Part shown: positions 1 to 13,369 of the stretch, piece by piece
Layout: every line of letters starts with the position of its first letter
Numbering within the stretch: position 1 is the stretch's first letter
Origin: Mobula hypostoma
Taxonomy: Eukaryota
DNA length: 64,000 nt
Assembly: GCF_963921235.1 (NCBI RefSeq)
Contig: NC_086118.1
Coordinates: 28,336,001 to 28,400,000, forward strand
Direction: 5' to 3'
Made by a program: the position numbers and the translations under genes
Notes under the pieces: generated by a model
Seen by the model: only the letters and a program-made list of their open reading frames with translations
Database searches by the model: none
Told to the model about the DNA's origin: nothing

Positions 1-859
1 AAGTCTGTTCCCACTGAAGCCCGATGAGCCAAAGCCTCCGCACTCTAACACTCGTCTACTCACACAATGGCCACTCTAACAACAGTGGCCCTACTTGTTC
101 CTGCCTTATTTTTATTTTCCCTTGCCAATGAATGGTGACAAAGCCAAAATCCCATGACAGCTTCTTCATTTAAATCTGTTGCTGTCCGACCTGCGTGAGG
201 CCTCATATTCAGGTATATGGAATGATGAGTGTTCTGGACAGAATGGACAGTGGGAAGCGGTGACCTTTTTGGTGGAAGCTTTGCGGACTAAAGATCATAT
301 TTATAAGCTATAAGTGAAGCCTTTTGGAGAGTTGTGAGGCAAAATGATTTTGCTTGGCATTCAGTTGAAAACTGAACTTCACAGCTTACAGATGTGGTGA
401 CAGCAGCTTCCACTCTGATCTTCCAGGAAATTTGGTATTGAAAGCCTTGCAAGGCTAAAGAGAAAGACCTAATGAGTGGAACTAGAGACTTGCCCTGATA
501 GGCAGCCATGAAGTACACAATGGGTTTAATGCTCTCTTTATGTGTAGTAACAATTTAATGATTCAATTGCTATTCCACAAGTGAAAATGGCTCACTTTGA
601 TCATTTAGCAATTTTGTGATCATACAGCATTAGTGTATATAATTTCTGATACCAGTTGAAGTGTTTCCATGATGGATTCTGCAAACAAAATGTCTGCTTT
701 TCCTTTCGGGGAAACATAAATTAACCAGAACCTATGGTCCTGTTCTTTAGGAATGTGTTAATGAAATTAAAGCTGAAAGTTGTAAAATAATATTTATTAT
801 TACCATACTTGGACAAAGAGCTAAACTTGAGGCTGTTGGATGTTTTATAGGAAATAAAA

Positions 860-1060
860 AAAAATCTGCTGAAGGGATTCAGTGGGTCAGGTGCTTTCTG
901 TGGAGGGAGATGGACAGTCAACTTTTTGAACCAACCCTTCACCTGAACTGACAAAAATGGTCTCATGCAAAAATGCTGACTGTCCATTTCCCTCCACTGA
1001 TCCTATCTAACCCTCCAGCATTTTTCTTGCACTAGATTCCATCATCTGCAGTTTCTTCTA
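860..1060. mobile_element. Degenerate palindromic Penelope-terminus element
   Basis: Inverted arms (ggagggagatggacagtca ... tgactgtccatttcccctcc) and a 'catctgcag' end resemble the better-preserved copies at 13.8 and 43.9 kb. Confidence 0.55.
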
Positions 1061-3881
1061 TGACTGAATGTCTAATAGTTAAGGGATTTGTGAGTTATAG
1101 ATCAAAGGCTGGTTTGTGAAGTTAAAATGCAGAATGGCCATGATCTAATTGAATGGTGGAACTTACCTGATCTCTTATTTTATTGTTTTCACATCATAGA
1201 GCTTGGCTGCAGTTTGTAAAAGCTGCAGTGGCTGAACTTTTAAAGAAAAACACAGGCTATAAAGCTTTTACTATATATATTCACTGCATCTACTGTATAT
1301 GGAAGGATGAACTTCTATTTCCTAAAATGCTTCTAGCACCCCATAGTATTTCATAGGTAATAAGATACATGTAGCCTTATTGAAATGTAAACTCCATTCA
1401 AGGATAGCACACCCTCATAGTGCTAAGCAAAGGACAAAAATGATCAGTTGCTTATCACTACTAGATTACTTCTCTTAACAAATTAGTTGAATACTTATCT
1501 GTTGACTTGCATTTTCTGTCTTAATACTCAATTGCAACTGATGTAAGCCAATATTTGCTAAGTATACAAGTGACCTCCAATTGGAAAAAAGTTGATCAAC
1601 GTATACTGAACATAGTTACAGATAAAATTACCATTTCAAATCACTTAGCAATGTAATTTTTTGGGAGAAAGGATACAAGAGCAAGCTCGCTTTGGAAATT
1701 GCACAGCAAAGGGCATTTTCAAAATGTGAAGTGAAGAGTCAGACAACCAATAGGAAGACACTTTTGACAATGTTCCAGCAGGGAAATGCATTTACTGCAT
1801 CATATTCCAAACACCTGCACCTTTTGTGTTCAGATATTGGCTAAAGTGATTTGAAATTGCAAGGCTTTAGGGGAGAAACTGATCTCTAATTACAAATGAA
1901 TGTGAAATCCTTTAATCCAACAAGCAAAATTGGGCCCAAATTAATTGTGGACACTTTGGGCCAATCATGACTCTGATCTCCAGAAGTAATTTGACTGTGT
2001 AAACTTGTATTAGGACTGATGGTGATTCTGTAAATGGATTTTATCAAAGCATTTCAGTCTCTTATTCTCTTGTCTCTTAGCTCTTCTATTAGTAAGCATG
2101 TAGTTTGCCCATCTAAATCCTGATCACTGAAATACAATTTCTAGCATTTCTCTAAACTTATTACCTTCATCAGAGTTCTAGTTACCATAGTATGTCCTTT
2201 GGCTTCAAGTCAGTTTTGATCTGCTTATGTTCCAGTGAAACACCATTTTTTTAATTAAAAATGAATGAAAGTTATCATATTGCAGTTCAACTGGAACAAA
2301 ATGAATACAACTCATGTTCTAGCTTGCACATAATGATGAATGTGAATATACATGCAAAACTGATTAGTCAACAACTGAAAGAAAAGAGCCCAGATCCAGC
2401 CTCTGTTCACAGCCATAAGTAAAATCATAGTCACTATGTAGGATGGTAGAATTGACTGGGAAGACTGGCATTACTGATGTAAACTGATTTCATGGTCATA
2501 TGTGAATTTTATTTATAAGCTCTGTTTTGCTGTGTGTATCGGCTGAAAATTCATGATGGAATTACACAGCAGCTTACTCAATTTTGAAGTCAAAATGATT
2601 GATCTGATTTTCATTTCTATCTACCAAATTTAAAGATGCTTGATATGTACAGCCAAAGGCCTTCTTGTTTTAACATAATGATTTGAAACATTTCTGTGAG
2701 GGGTAAAGGTTGTAAGGATTTTAATGGGATATTTTGTCTACGTGGACATGAAATGAAATTATGACTCAGTCCTCTGACAAAATTGTTTATATATCAAAAA
2801 CGTCTCACGGTGTGAGTTGTGAACATCACTTACTATTGCTGAATTCAAAGAAAATGGAGTGGAGTTTTTCAGTTAAAAACTGAGCATTGGCAACAGGATA
2901 ACAGTAATGGAACTTGGAAGCTGGCCAACCAGATTTTACAAAGAATTGTTCCAAAATATTTCCCATAATTTTACAATCAATGATTTGATGTTGATGCCAA
3001 TATTGTAGTCAGACCATATAAATAGACAGAGAACCAACCTTAAATAGTTACCCACTCATCCAGCCTGCAACCTGTTAACTTTTGCATGTTTGAAAAGGAA
3101 GTACAATTCCAACATTGCAATAAAAGGAGGCTATCCTGTAAATGGCACAAGAAACTTTGCACTGTCTAATCTAAAAGCTATTTAGTTTTGGTTAACCTTC
3201 AATTGATGAGCTCTGTTTGCAAGCCACATGCAGCCTGAAAGAATTTTGAGTTATGCAGCTCTTTTCTGAATAGCTATTTCACAGCATTTGAGAGCCAAAC
3301 TTTCAAGCATTTCTTGTCTATACAGAGTTTAGTATACAACTGGGTCAGTGTAAATTGAGAAAGATTTGCTTGGATGTTCAGATGTTTCTCCATATGCACT
3401 CCATGTTAACTTTGGTTTAAATAGAATATACTGCATGTATCACCATCTAATATTTTAACATAGGCTGATTTTAACATAGTCACCTCTCTCATAGTTTTTG
3501 CAAGTTTGGAAAAAAATGTTCTAAATATTAGGGCTGACAGCCTTGTTTGTGTCTGCTTTCAAGTCGCACCAGCCACCGCCCACCATGAAACACTCAGTAC
3601 TTTATAATCAAATCATCCTAGTTAAAATTTGACCTGACTGTTCTGACTGGAGCATTATTTTTGCACTGTCTGCTGTGTGAACCTGGGTGACCATTATGAA
3701 TGTAGTAGAATTTATCAACCATTGCGCCTAACTTTTCCACAGAATCTGTCCCACATACTTTAGAACAAATTGATTAAGGCATTTGATTTAATAATAATAT
3801 AATTTATTTTTGCAAATCTGGACAGCAAAAATACCTACATCAGAATGCTCACTATGAACTAGCTCAACTTTCCATACCGTC

Positions 3882-4107
3882 TGTTGTGTATTTAACTTGA
3901 ATGTAAAATTTAAATGTGTTTCTGATTAGGCAGTCTTTGTTTAAATAATTAATTATGAGTTATATGTAAAGATATGTGAATTGCATACATCGTAACACTA
4001 CCAAGTGATACGCGAACGACTTGCTTAAAGTAAACACAAAGTTAGACCCACAGTTTGGATTCCTATGTCATCTTTTGAATTAGTTTAATGTTTTGAAGTT
4101 ACTATCA
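3882..4107 (+). mobile_element. Possible short (~225 bp) solo LTR
   Basis: Starts TGTTG, has an AGTAAA poly(A)-like signal and ends near CA. No clean TSD found. Confidence 0.35.
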
Positions 4108-4117
4108 TCCCTTCAAA

Positions 4118-6120
4118 ACTAATTATTAAGCTCCAAAGCTTTGGCCAAAGTGCATCCTTCTACAATTGGATCCTCTATTTTCTCACTTGCAGACCCCAAC
4201 TAATTTGGATTGCAACATCATCTCCGCAGTCTCCATCAGTACAGATGCACCACAAAGCTGTGTGCTTCGCCCCCGCTCTATTTGCTTTATACTTACGACT
4301 CTGTGGTTAAGCACAGGTTCAATGCCATATTCAAGTTTGTTGTTGTAGGCTGTATCAAAGGTTGTGGCGAATCAGGATATAGGAGCGAGATTAAAAATCT
4401 AGCTGAGAAGTGCCACAACAACAATCACTTACTCAATGTCAGCAACTCCAACAAACTGATTATTAACTTCAGGAGGAGGGGATCTGAGGTCCATGAGCCA
4501 GACCTCATCAGAGGTGAAGACAGTCAGCAACTTCTAACTCCTCGGTGCTACCATTTCAGAGGACCTGTCCTGGGCGCAGCACGTAAAGAAAATTATGAAG
4601 AAAGTATGGCAGCACCTCTACTTCGTTAGGTGTTTGCAAAGATTTGGCATGACATCAAAATTTTGACAAACTTCTATAGACGTATAGTGGAGAGTATAGT
4701 GTGTTACGTACCCTGTAACTGGGTTGCCAAACCAGCAGAAATGGATCACTCAGTTGGAGTCTGGAGTACGAGAACTAAGAAAGTTTTATTAAAGAAACAA
4801 GCAACACAGTAATCGAAAGGATAATAAATGCAACAGTTCAGCAATGATAAACACACATGTGCACAGAATTAAGATAACAGCATCAATCAAGCTCTATCGT
4901 TGTCTAGGGGTAAATGACCTAATTTCAAAGTGACTCAAAGTTCAGTCCAATTTAGTAGTTCAGTTCGCAGTAATCATTGCCATGGCGATGGACAACGTTG
5001 GGGGAGAGAGAGAGAGAACGGGAACAACTGATCATTCAGACACGGCTTCACTCACAGACTGGCGAGATGGCTCACAAGCAACTTTTGGGCAGGTCCTTGG
5101 TGATGTCACCTGGGGTCACCGACTGTGACCCCTCCTCCAGATGCGGTCGATCTTCTGCAGTGAACCCGGCACCCAGGCAAGGGCGGACACACACCGGGTT
5201 CCCGCTGATCGTACCTTTCCACCCTGGGCGTTGTCTGGTACTTCCCACCGACTCATGAGAGGCGTACCGCTTCCAGGGTCTCGTTACCTCGGGTGGCGTG
5301 TGTCCCCTGCCTTAGCGAACCCGTCCCTTTTTATCCCCCTGCTGGGGTATCGCCTGTCCATCACTTCAAACAGTTCAGGGTTCAAAGGGGGAGCCGCTCC
5401 AGACAGCTCTCTCTCCCACGTCCCTTCATTACACATCTCCAGACGCTGCTCCATTGTTCCTTATCTCTCCTTCCCCTGAGGGCAGGTGGCAAACCACTTG
5501 CTGATGTCACTGATGCTAACCCAGGCCAGCAAACATCTTAATTTTATGTGTATTCTCGTCACAAGTGACTGGCTGCATCACAGCCTATTATGGAAACAGC
5601 AAAGCCCTTGAATGGAAAATCCTACAGAAGTAATGAATACAGCCCAGTCCATCACAGGTAAACCCTTCCCTCATTGAGTACCTCTACATGAAGGAAAGCA
5701 GCATCTATCATCAGGGACCACTCTCACTGCCCCCATCAGAAAGAAGGCACAGGGGCCTCAGGACTTGCACCAACAGGTTCAGGAACCATGCCTGAACCTG
5801 TAGGCTCTTCATTCAACTTCACTCACCCCGTCACTGAAACGTTCCCACAACCTATGGATTCACTTTCAAGGCCTCTTCATCTCACGTTCTCAATATTTAT
5901 TGCTTATTATTATTATTTTTTAAATTTTTGAATCTGCACAGTTTGTTGTCTTTTGTACATTAGTTGAATGCCAAAGTTGGTGTGGTCTTTCATTGATTCT
6001 GTTGTAGTTATTATGTTGTTATGGATTTGAGCGTATCCACAAGAAAATGAAACTCAGGGTGGTATATGGTGACATGTGTGTATTTCGATAATAAATTTAC
6101 TTTGAACTTGTTGAATTTGA
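4118..6120 (+). mobile_element. Rex1/Babar-type LINE, 5'-truncated, interrupted by a solo LTR
   Basis: Decayed RT C-terminal half (LYTYDSV, 'LTNFYRRIVES' continuing into GCIT after the LTR) and a 3' end 'aataaatttactttgaac' that is shared with the copy at 57745-58792. Confidence 0.85.
4702..5563 (-). mobile_element. Solo LTR (862 bp), probably Gypsy-type
   Basis: Imperfect inverted termini TGTTACG...CGTCACA; 4-bp TSD AGTG at 4698-4701 and 5564-5567; removing it rejoins the LINE; AATAAA on the minus strand near 4785. Confidence 0.88.
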
Positions 6121-6129
6121 TATGTTAAA

Positions 6130-8860
6130 ACATCAGGGAGGACTGGTGCAACCTTGGCTGATGAGAGAAGTCAAAGACAGCTTAAAGGCAAAAGATATTT
6201 TATAACATTTTGTAATATAACAAAAAAACAGTAGGAAGGTCGATGATTTGGAAGCTTTTTTTAAAAAAAACCAACGGATAGCAACTAAGAAAATAATAAA
6301 AAGAGGAAAGGTGAAATAGGTAGGTAAACTAGCCAATAATATAAAAGAGGATACTAAAAGTTTTCTCTGATATAGGTGTGGAGAGTAAAAGAAAGACGAG
6401 AGAGGATACTGGACTGCTGGAAAATAATGCTCGTGTGGTAGTTACATGGAGCAAAGAAATGGCAGAGGAATTTAAGTACTTTGCATCAATCCTCACTGTG
6501 AAAGACATCAGCAGAAATTTGAGAGTGTCACGGGACTGAAATGAGTGTCGTTGGTATTAAAAAGGGGAAAGTACTTGGGAAGCTGAAAGCCTGAAAGGTA
6601 GATAAGTTGTCTGGACCAGCTGGACTACACCCCAGGAATCTGAAAGAGGTGACTGAAGAAACAGTGGAGTCATTATTAATGATCTTTAAAGAATCAGTAG
6701 GTTCTGGCGTGGTTCCAGAGGACTGGAAAATGGCACTCTTTAAGAAGGAAGGAAGACAGAAGAAAGAAAATTATAGGCCAGTTAGCTTGACTTTAGAGGC
6801 TGGAAAGATGTTGAAGTCTGTTACTAAGGATGAGGACTTGGGATACTTGGAGGCACATGATAAAATAGGACAAAGTTGGCATGGTTTTCTCATGGGGAAA
6901 TCTTGCCTGGCAAATCTTTTGGAAGTCTTTGAAGAAATAACATGCAGGTTAGATAAAGGATAGTCTGTGAATGTTTAGTTGGAGTATCAGAAAGCCTTTG
7001 ACAAGGCACCACACAAGGCTGCTTAACAAGCTAAGAGCCCATGGTATTATAGGAAAAATACCAGCTTGGATAGTAGATTGACTGATTGGTGGGAGGCAAA
7101 GAGGGAAAATAAAGGGGGCATTTTCTGGTTGGCTACCAGTGACTAGTGGTGTTCCGCAAGGGTTGGTTTTGGGACAGCTCCTTTTGACATTGTATGTCAA
7201 TGATTTGGATGATGGAATTGATGGCTTTGTGGCTGAGTTTAGGTGGAAGGGCAAGTGGTGCTGACAAAGCAAGGTGACTGGAGAAGGATTTAAATAGATT
7301 TTCGGGGGCGTTGGAAATAGGCAAAGAAGTGGTAGATGGAATCTATTTCAGGGAAGTGCACGGTCATGCACTTTGGCAGAAGGAATAAAGGCATGGACTA
7401 TTTCCTAAATGGGGAGAAAATTCAAATATCAAACGTGCAGAAAGGCTTGGGAGTCCTCCTGCAGGATTCCTTAAAGGTTAACTTGCAGATTGAGTTGGTT
7501 GTAAGGAAGGCAATGCAATATTAACACTCATTTCAAGAGGACTAGAATACAAATGCATGGATGTAATGCTGAGGATTTATAAGGCACTGGTCAGATTGCA
7601 CTTGGAGCATTGCAAACAGTTTTGGGCCCCTTATTTAAGGAAAGGCGTGCTGGCATAGGAGAGGGTCCAGAGGAATGAAAAGGTTAACATATATGAGGAG
7701 CGTTTGATAGCTCTGGGTCTATAGCCACTGGATTTTAGAAGAATAAGGGGAGATCTGATTGAAACCTATTGAATAAGGTTGTCATGGTCCGGTCCGTGAA
7801 GTCCGTGTTCCGGTTCACAGTCCGGTCCGTGGACTCTGGACTCTGGGTCTTCCGGTTCCCCCACAACCTATGCCAGTTCCCAAGGAGGGATCCCGGCTCT
7901 GTGTTCCGTGTACAAGTCCCGGCCCCAAATCCTGTTCCCAAGGAGGGGTCCCGGCTCTGTGTTCCATGTCCCTGTGTTCCTGTCTCTCAACTCCAAGGCT
8001 CCATGTTCCCGTGCTCTAGACAAAGGCTCTGTGTTCCTGTCCTCCCCAAGACCAAGGCTCTGTGTTCTGTGTTCCTGTCGTCCAAAGTCCAAGGTTCCAA
8101 GGTTCTTGTCGTCCCAAGTCCAAGGCTCGGCTGTTCCTGAGTACCAAGTCAAGGCTTCGTGTTCTCGTCCTGTCTATGTGCCTCGTCCTGTGCTGGAGTT
8201 CCCTCGTCTTGCCCAGGAGTCTCTCGATCTGTCCTGTAGCCTCCCCTTGTCCTGTCTCCCAAGACCATGTTATTTCCTTGCCTAGTTCCAGGGTCCGATC
8301 CCGAGTCAAGACCAAGGTTCTGGGTCCTTGTCCAGTCTCCGGCTTGGAGTCCAAGCCCAGGCTCCTAGCTCCCAGTTCCTTGTCCTGGTCCCGCTTGCCT
8401 AGCCAAAGTCTGTGTTCTTATCCCACCTCTCTAGTCAAGTCCTGTTCCTAGTACTTCAATGTCTGTGTCTTGCATTTCGGTCCACTCCCAGTGCCCCCCC
8501 CCTTAAGATAAAGGTCAGAATAAAGTGGATGTGGAGAGGATGTTTCTTATAGTGGGGTACTCTAGGACCAGAGGGCACAGCCTCAGAATTGACAGACATC
8601 CATTTAGAACAGAGATGAGGAAAAATTATTTAGCCAGATGGTGGAGAACCTGTGGAATTCATTGCCACAAACAGCTGTGCAGGCCAATTCATTGGGTATA
8701 TTTAAGGCGAAAGTTGATGGGTTCTTGACTAATCAGGGAGTCACAGATTTTGGGTTGAAGGCAGAAGAGGGATAATAAATCAGCCATGATGGAATGGTGG
8801 AGCAGACTTGATGGGCTGAATGGCCTAATTCTGCTCCAATGTCTGATGGTCTAATGGCCA
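6130..8860 (+). mobile_element. CR1 LINE ORF2 (RT) fragment with 3' end, interrupted by a solo LTR
   Basis: Motifs GLHPRNLKE, PEDWK, NYRPVSLT, HGFLMGKSCLANL, GVPQG, RTRGHSLRI; 3' end gatgggctgaatggcctaattctgctcc. Many stops and frameshifts. Confidence 0.93.
7780..8510 (+). mobile_element. Solo LTR (731 bp), related to 24244-25579
   Basis: Begins TGTCATG; 5-bp TSD AAGGT at 7775-7779 and 8511-8515; terminal CA appears mutated to TA; internal repeats of caaggctctgtgttcc. Confidence 0.82.
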
Positions 8861-9193
8861 CTACAATTAGTATATTCTTTTCTGGCTGCTCCCCTCATCT
8901 CTCGATTGTCGTTCTAATTCCTGTTATAATACCTTTAAACATTGCCAAGTTTTTACCATGACTTTATTTTAATTTATTCTGACTCTGCTTCCTGTACTTC
9001 CAAACCCTGATCATTCTTCACTGCTGCTTATTTACAATGTTTGTTTTTAGTCATGGTACATACTACTTTTGTCTGTTAAGTGTGTGGAATATTTAATTCC
9101 TAAACATGGTTTAATGAAGACTACACTTCTGTGCTGGCTGTTAGATAAATTTATCTCTTATTTTGTTATTAGTGCATCTGTCTTGTCTTGAAT

Positions 9194-9827
9194 TGAGACC
9201 TGACACAGACTGGGAGACCGCTTTGCTGAACACCTACGCTCTGTCCGCCAGAGAAAGCAGGATCTCCCAGTGGCCACACATTTTAATTCCACATCCCATT
9301 CCCATTCTGACATGTCTATCCACGGCCTCCTCTACTGTTAAGATGAAGCCACACTCAGGTTGGAGGAACAACACCTTGTATTCCGTCTGGGTAGCCTCCA
9401 ACCTGATGGCATGAACATTGACTTCTCTAACTTCCGCTAATGCCCCACCTCCCCCTCGTACCCCATCCGTTATTTATTTATATACACACATTCTTTCTCT
9501 CTCTCTCTCTCCTTTTTCTCCCTCTGTCTCTCTGACTATACCCCTTGCCCATCCTCTGGGATCCCCCCCGCTTGTCTTTCTCCCTGGACCTCCTGTCCCA
9601 TGATCCTCTCATATCCCCTTTGCCAATCACCTGTCCAGCTCTTGGCTCCATCCCTCCCCCTCCTGTCTTCTCCTATCATTTTGGATCTCCCCCTCCCCCT
9701 CCCACTTTCAAATTTCTTACTAACTCTTCCTTCAGTTAGTCCTGACGAAGGGTCTCGGCCTGAAACATCGACTGTACTTCTTCCTAGAGATGCTGCCTGG
9801 CCTGCTGTGTTCACCAGCAACTTTGAT
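9194..9827 (+). mobile_element. Penelope-like element: GIY-YIG endonuclease C-terminus and 3' tail
   Basis: Translates as ET*HRLGDRFAEHLRSVRQRKQDLPVATHFNS...RLEEQHLVFRLGSLQPDGMNIDFSNFR* (stop ends at 9440), followed by a pyrimidine-rich tail and a hammerhead-like motif. Confidence 0.9.
9738..9773 (+). ncRNA. Minimal type I hammerhead ribozyme motif, probably decayed
   Basis: agtc-CTGACGA-agg(gtctcgg)cct-GAAA-c-ATC-gact. Core and stems I and II are present; the stem III C-G pair is lost. Confidence 0.6.
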
Positions 9828-10388
9828 CTTGGTAGTGGCCGTTGGGGGCAAGAACTTGGTACCTAGTCGTAAACTCCCCAAAGCCTTGCCATCCTTAATT
9901 TTAATTTGAATCGTAATTGTCAGGCCTTCTAGGATATTGTTCCAAACCGAACAATAATTACAGCCATTACTAATGCCATGATAGCAGGAATTGGGTGATC
10001 CTGTTTGCCACACCACTCTGAGCACTTCAGTGATATCTAGGTCTGTTAGGTCTGGGTCCGAGTTTGTTTGGCTTAAAAACCAATTGGGAGATTATTTCTC
10101 TTGGGTCCATGTTTTCACTTTTGATCCTGGTTGCCAAAGCTACCAGAGAAATGTCAAACTCCCTTTTATTTGTTCCAAACCAGACAACTTCATCAATGGA
10201 ACCAAACCACAGAAGACGAGTACAGCACCCAGGCTCTGTCATCTGACTTGTGTTGATATTCTGCACCCAGAAACCCATTTTAACATACTCTGTTTCAATT
10301 CCTTTGCTCAAGCATATTTTCTACAAACTGTTTCTAAACTGCCCATGTAGTTCTTTACTAAGGCAGTCAGTCAAAAGTGAGTGTGACT

Positions 10389-13070
10389 TTCAGAATCTGA
10401 ATCAGAATGTGTTTTTATTATCACTGGCCTGTGTTGTGAAATTTGTTAACTTAGCAGTAGCAATTCAATACAATACATAATATAGAAGAAGAAATAAAAT
10501 AATAATAATAAATAAATTTACAGTTTACGTATATTGTATAGATTAAAATTGTGCAAAAAAACAGAAATAATTATGTTTTAAAAAGTGAGGTAGTGTTCAC
10601 GGGTTCAATGACCATTTAGGAAACGGATGGCAGAGGGGAAGAAGCTGTTCCTGAATCGCTGAGTGTGTGCTTTCAGGCTTCTGTACCTCCTACCTGATGG
10701 TAACAGTGAGAAAAGGGCATGCCCTGGGTGCTGGAGGTCCTTTCTGAGACACCACTCCTTGAAGATGTCCTGGGTCCTTTGTAGGCTAGTACCCAAGATG
10801 GAGCCGATAAAATTTACAACCCTCTGCAGCTTCTTTCGGTCCTGTGCAGTAACCCCCATATACAAACGTAGTAGACAGTGATACAGTCTGTCAGAATATT
10901 TTCCAAGGTATCTCCTATAAAAGTTTTTGAGTGTATTTGTTGACATATCAAATCTCTTCAAACTCCTCATAAAGTATAGCCACTGTCTTGCCTTCTTTAT
11001 AACTGCATCGATATGTTGGGACCAGGCTAGATCCTCAGAGATCTTGACACTCAGGAACTTGAAACTGCTCACTCTCTCCACTTCTGATCCCTCTGAGGAT
11101 TGGTATGTGTTCCTTCGTCGTACCCTTCCTGAAGTCCACAATCAGCTCTTTCATCTTACTGACGTCGAGTGCCAGGTTGTTGCTGTGACACCACTCCACC
11201 AGTTGGCATATCTCGCTACTGTATGCTCTCTCGTCTCCATCTGAGATTCTCCCAACAATGGTTGTATCAGCAGCAAATTCATAAATGGTATTTGAACTAT
11301 GCCTAACCACACAGTCATGGGTATAGAGAGTAGAGCAGTGGGCTAAGCACACACCCCTGAGGGCACCAGTGTTGATCGTCAGCGAGGAGGAGATGTTGTC
11401 ACCAATCCACACAGATCCACTCAGTCTTCTGAGCTGAGGATCCAATTGCAGATGGAGGTACAGAGCCCCAGGTTCTGCAACTTCTCAATCAGGATTGTGA
11501 GAATGATGGTGTTAAATGCTGAGGTATAGTTGCTGAACAGCATCTTGACATAGGTGTTTGCATTGTCCAGGTGGTCTAAGGCCGTGTAAAAAGCCATTGA
11601 GGTTGCATCTGCCATTAACCTATTGTGGCAATACACAAATTGCACTGGGTCCAAGTCCTTACTGAGGCAGGAGTTCAGTCTCGTCATGACCAACCTCTCA
11701 AAGCATTTCATCACTGTAGATGTGAGTGCTACTGGGTGATAGTCATTAAGGCAGCTCACATTATTCTTCTTGGGCACTGGTATAATTGTTGCCTTTTTGA
11801 AGCAAGTGGGAACTTCTGCCCGTAACAGTGAGAGGTTGAAAATGTACCTGAAAACTCCTACCCGTTGGTTGGCACAAGTTTTCAGAGCCTTACCAGGTAC
11901 TCCATCAGGACTTTCCGCCTTGCAAGTGTTCACCCTCTTTAAAGGCAGCCTAACATTGGTCTCTGATAGAGATCACAGGGTCGCCGGGGGCAGCAGGGAT
12001 CTTCACAGCTGTAGTTATAGTCTCCCTTTCAAAGTGGGCATAGAAGGTGTTGAGTTCATTGCTGCCATTTGTGCTATTGGGTTTCGCTCTATAGGAAGTA
12101 ATGTCTTGCCAACCCTGCTAGAGTTGTCGTACATCCAATGTTGCCTCCAACCTTATTTGAAATTGTCTCTTCGCCTTTGAAATAGCTCTCTGTAGATCAT
12201 ACCTGGTTTACTGGTACTGACCTGGGTCACCAGACTTAAATGCCACAGATCTAGCCTTCAGCAGACAAAGTACCTCTTGGTTCATCCATGACTTTTGGTT
12301 TGAGAGTGTACACTAAGTCTTTGTAGGCACACACTCATCCACACAGGTTTTAATGAAGTCAGTAACAACTGCAGCATACTCATCCTGGTTCAACAATGAA
12401 TCCCTGAATACAGTCCAGTCCACCGATTCAAAACAGTCCTGTAAGCACTCCTGTGCTTCCCTTGTCCATAGCTTCTTGGTCCTTACTACTGATGCTGCAG
12501 TCTTCAGTCTCTGCCTATACTCAGGGAGTAGAAGTACAGCCAGGTGATCAATCTTCCTGAAGCGAGGGCGTGGAATAGCACAGTAGGCATTCATGGTGGT
12601 GATGTAACAGTGGTCCAGTGTGTTGTTTCCTCGAATATTGCAAGTAATCTGTTGATGGTAATTGCTTTGCCATTTTTTTTTTCAGACTGGCCTGGTTAAA
12701 ATCCCCCAGAATGATAGTTAAGGTATTAGGATGTGGTGTTTCGTGTTTGTTGATCCCATTGCTCAGATCATCTAAAGCCTGACTGACATTGGCCTAAGGT
12801 GGAATGTATACCACTACCAAAATGATCCTGGAAGTTTCCCATAGTAGGTAAAATGGACGGTAGTTAACTGCTAGATATTCCAGGTCTGGTGTGCAGAACT
12901 GGGACAGGACTGATATATTTGTGCACCAAGAAGAGTTGATCAAGAGGCATACTCCTCCACCTCTGCTATTGAGATCTATCCTGACGGTGTATATTAAACC
13001 CATTGATCTGAATCGCTGCATCTGGTATGGAAGGGGTTAACCAGGATTCCGTGAAACAAAGGACACAAAG
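10389..13070 (-). mobile_element. Rex1/Babar-type LINE, long decayed copy (APE + RT)
   Basis: APE motifs (CFTESWL, RGGGVCLLINSSWC, DHLAVLL); RT motifs (PDGVPG, PTCFKKATIIPVPKK, DYHPVALTSTVMKCFERLV, EFAADTT); (ATTCTG)n tail near 10390. Internal deletions. Confidence 0.93.
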
Positions 13071-13369
13071 TTCTGTTATTCTTGTTTCGTAGATTCTGAG
13101 CTAACTGATGAGGGAAAAATAGAAACTAAACTTCTTCCGCATGACTAACAGAAAGCAGCAAATGCACTAAGTAGAATGGTGGTGGATGCTCTATATAATC
13201 TGCCAATACATCGCCTTAAGTTTCTCCAGTACCATGCCAAATGCTCCTTCTATTCTTTGAGTGGTCATGGGCCAGAAAAATTCCCAGCAATGTAGTAAGG
13301 TGCAATGGAGACCAGTCAGTGGAGGACCTTCTAGTCTTGGTGATGCTGAGTTCAAGGCCTTCTGTAGGG

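Noticed and set aside
67..138. Hydrophobic ORF MATLTTVALLVPALFLFSLANEW resembling a GPI or signal peptide
   Set aside because: In-frame stops just upstream (25-27, 46-48), no acceptor site, and only 23 codons.
7735..8451. Many overlapping 70-130 aa ORFs on both strands (also at 4977-5541 and 24405-25382)
   Set aside because: They lie inside GC-rich, internally repetitive solo LTRs, where stop codons are depleted.
9991..10350. Overlapping ORFs in non-repeat sequence
   Set aside because: No recognisable motif or splice signals; lengths are within chance expectation.
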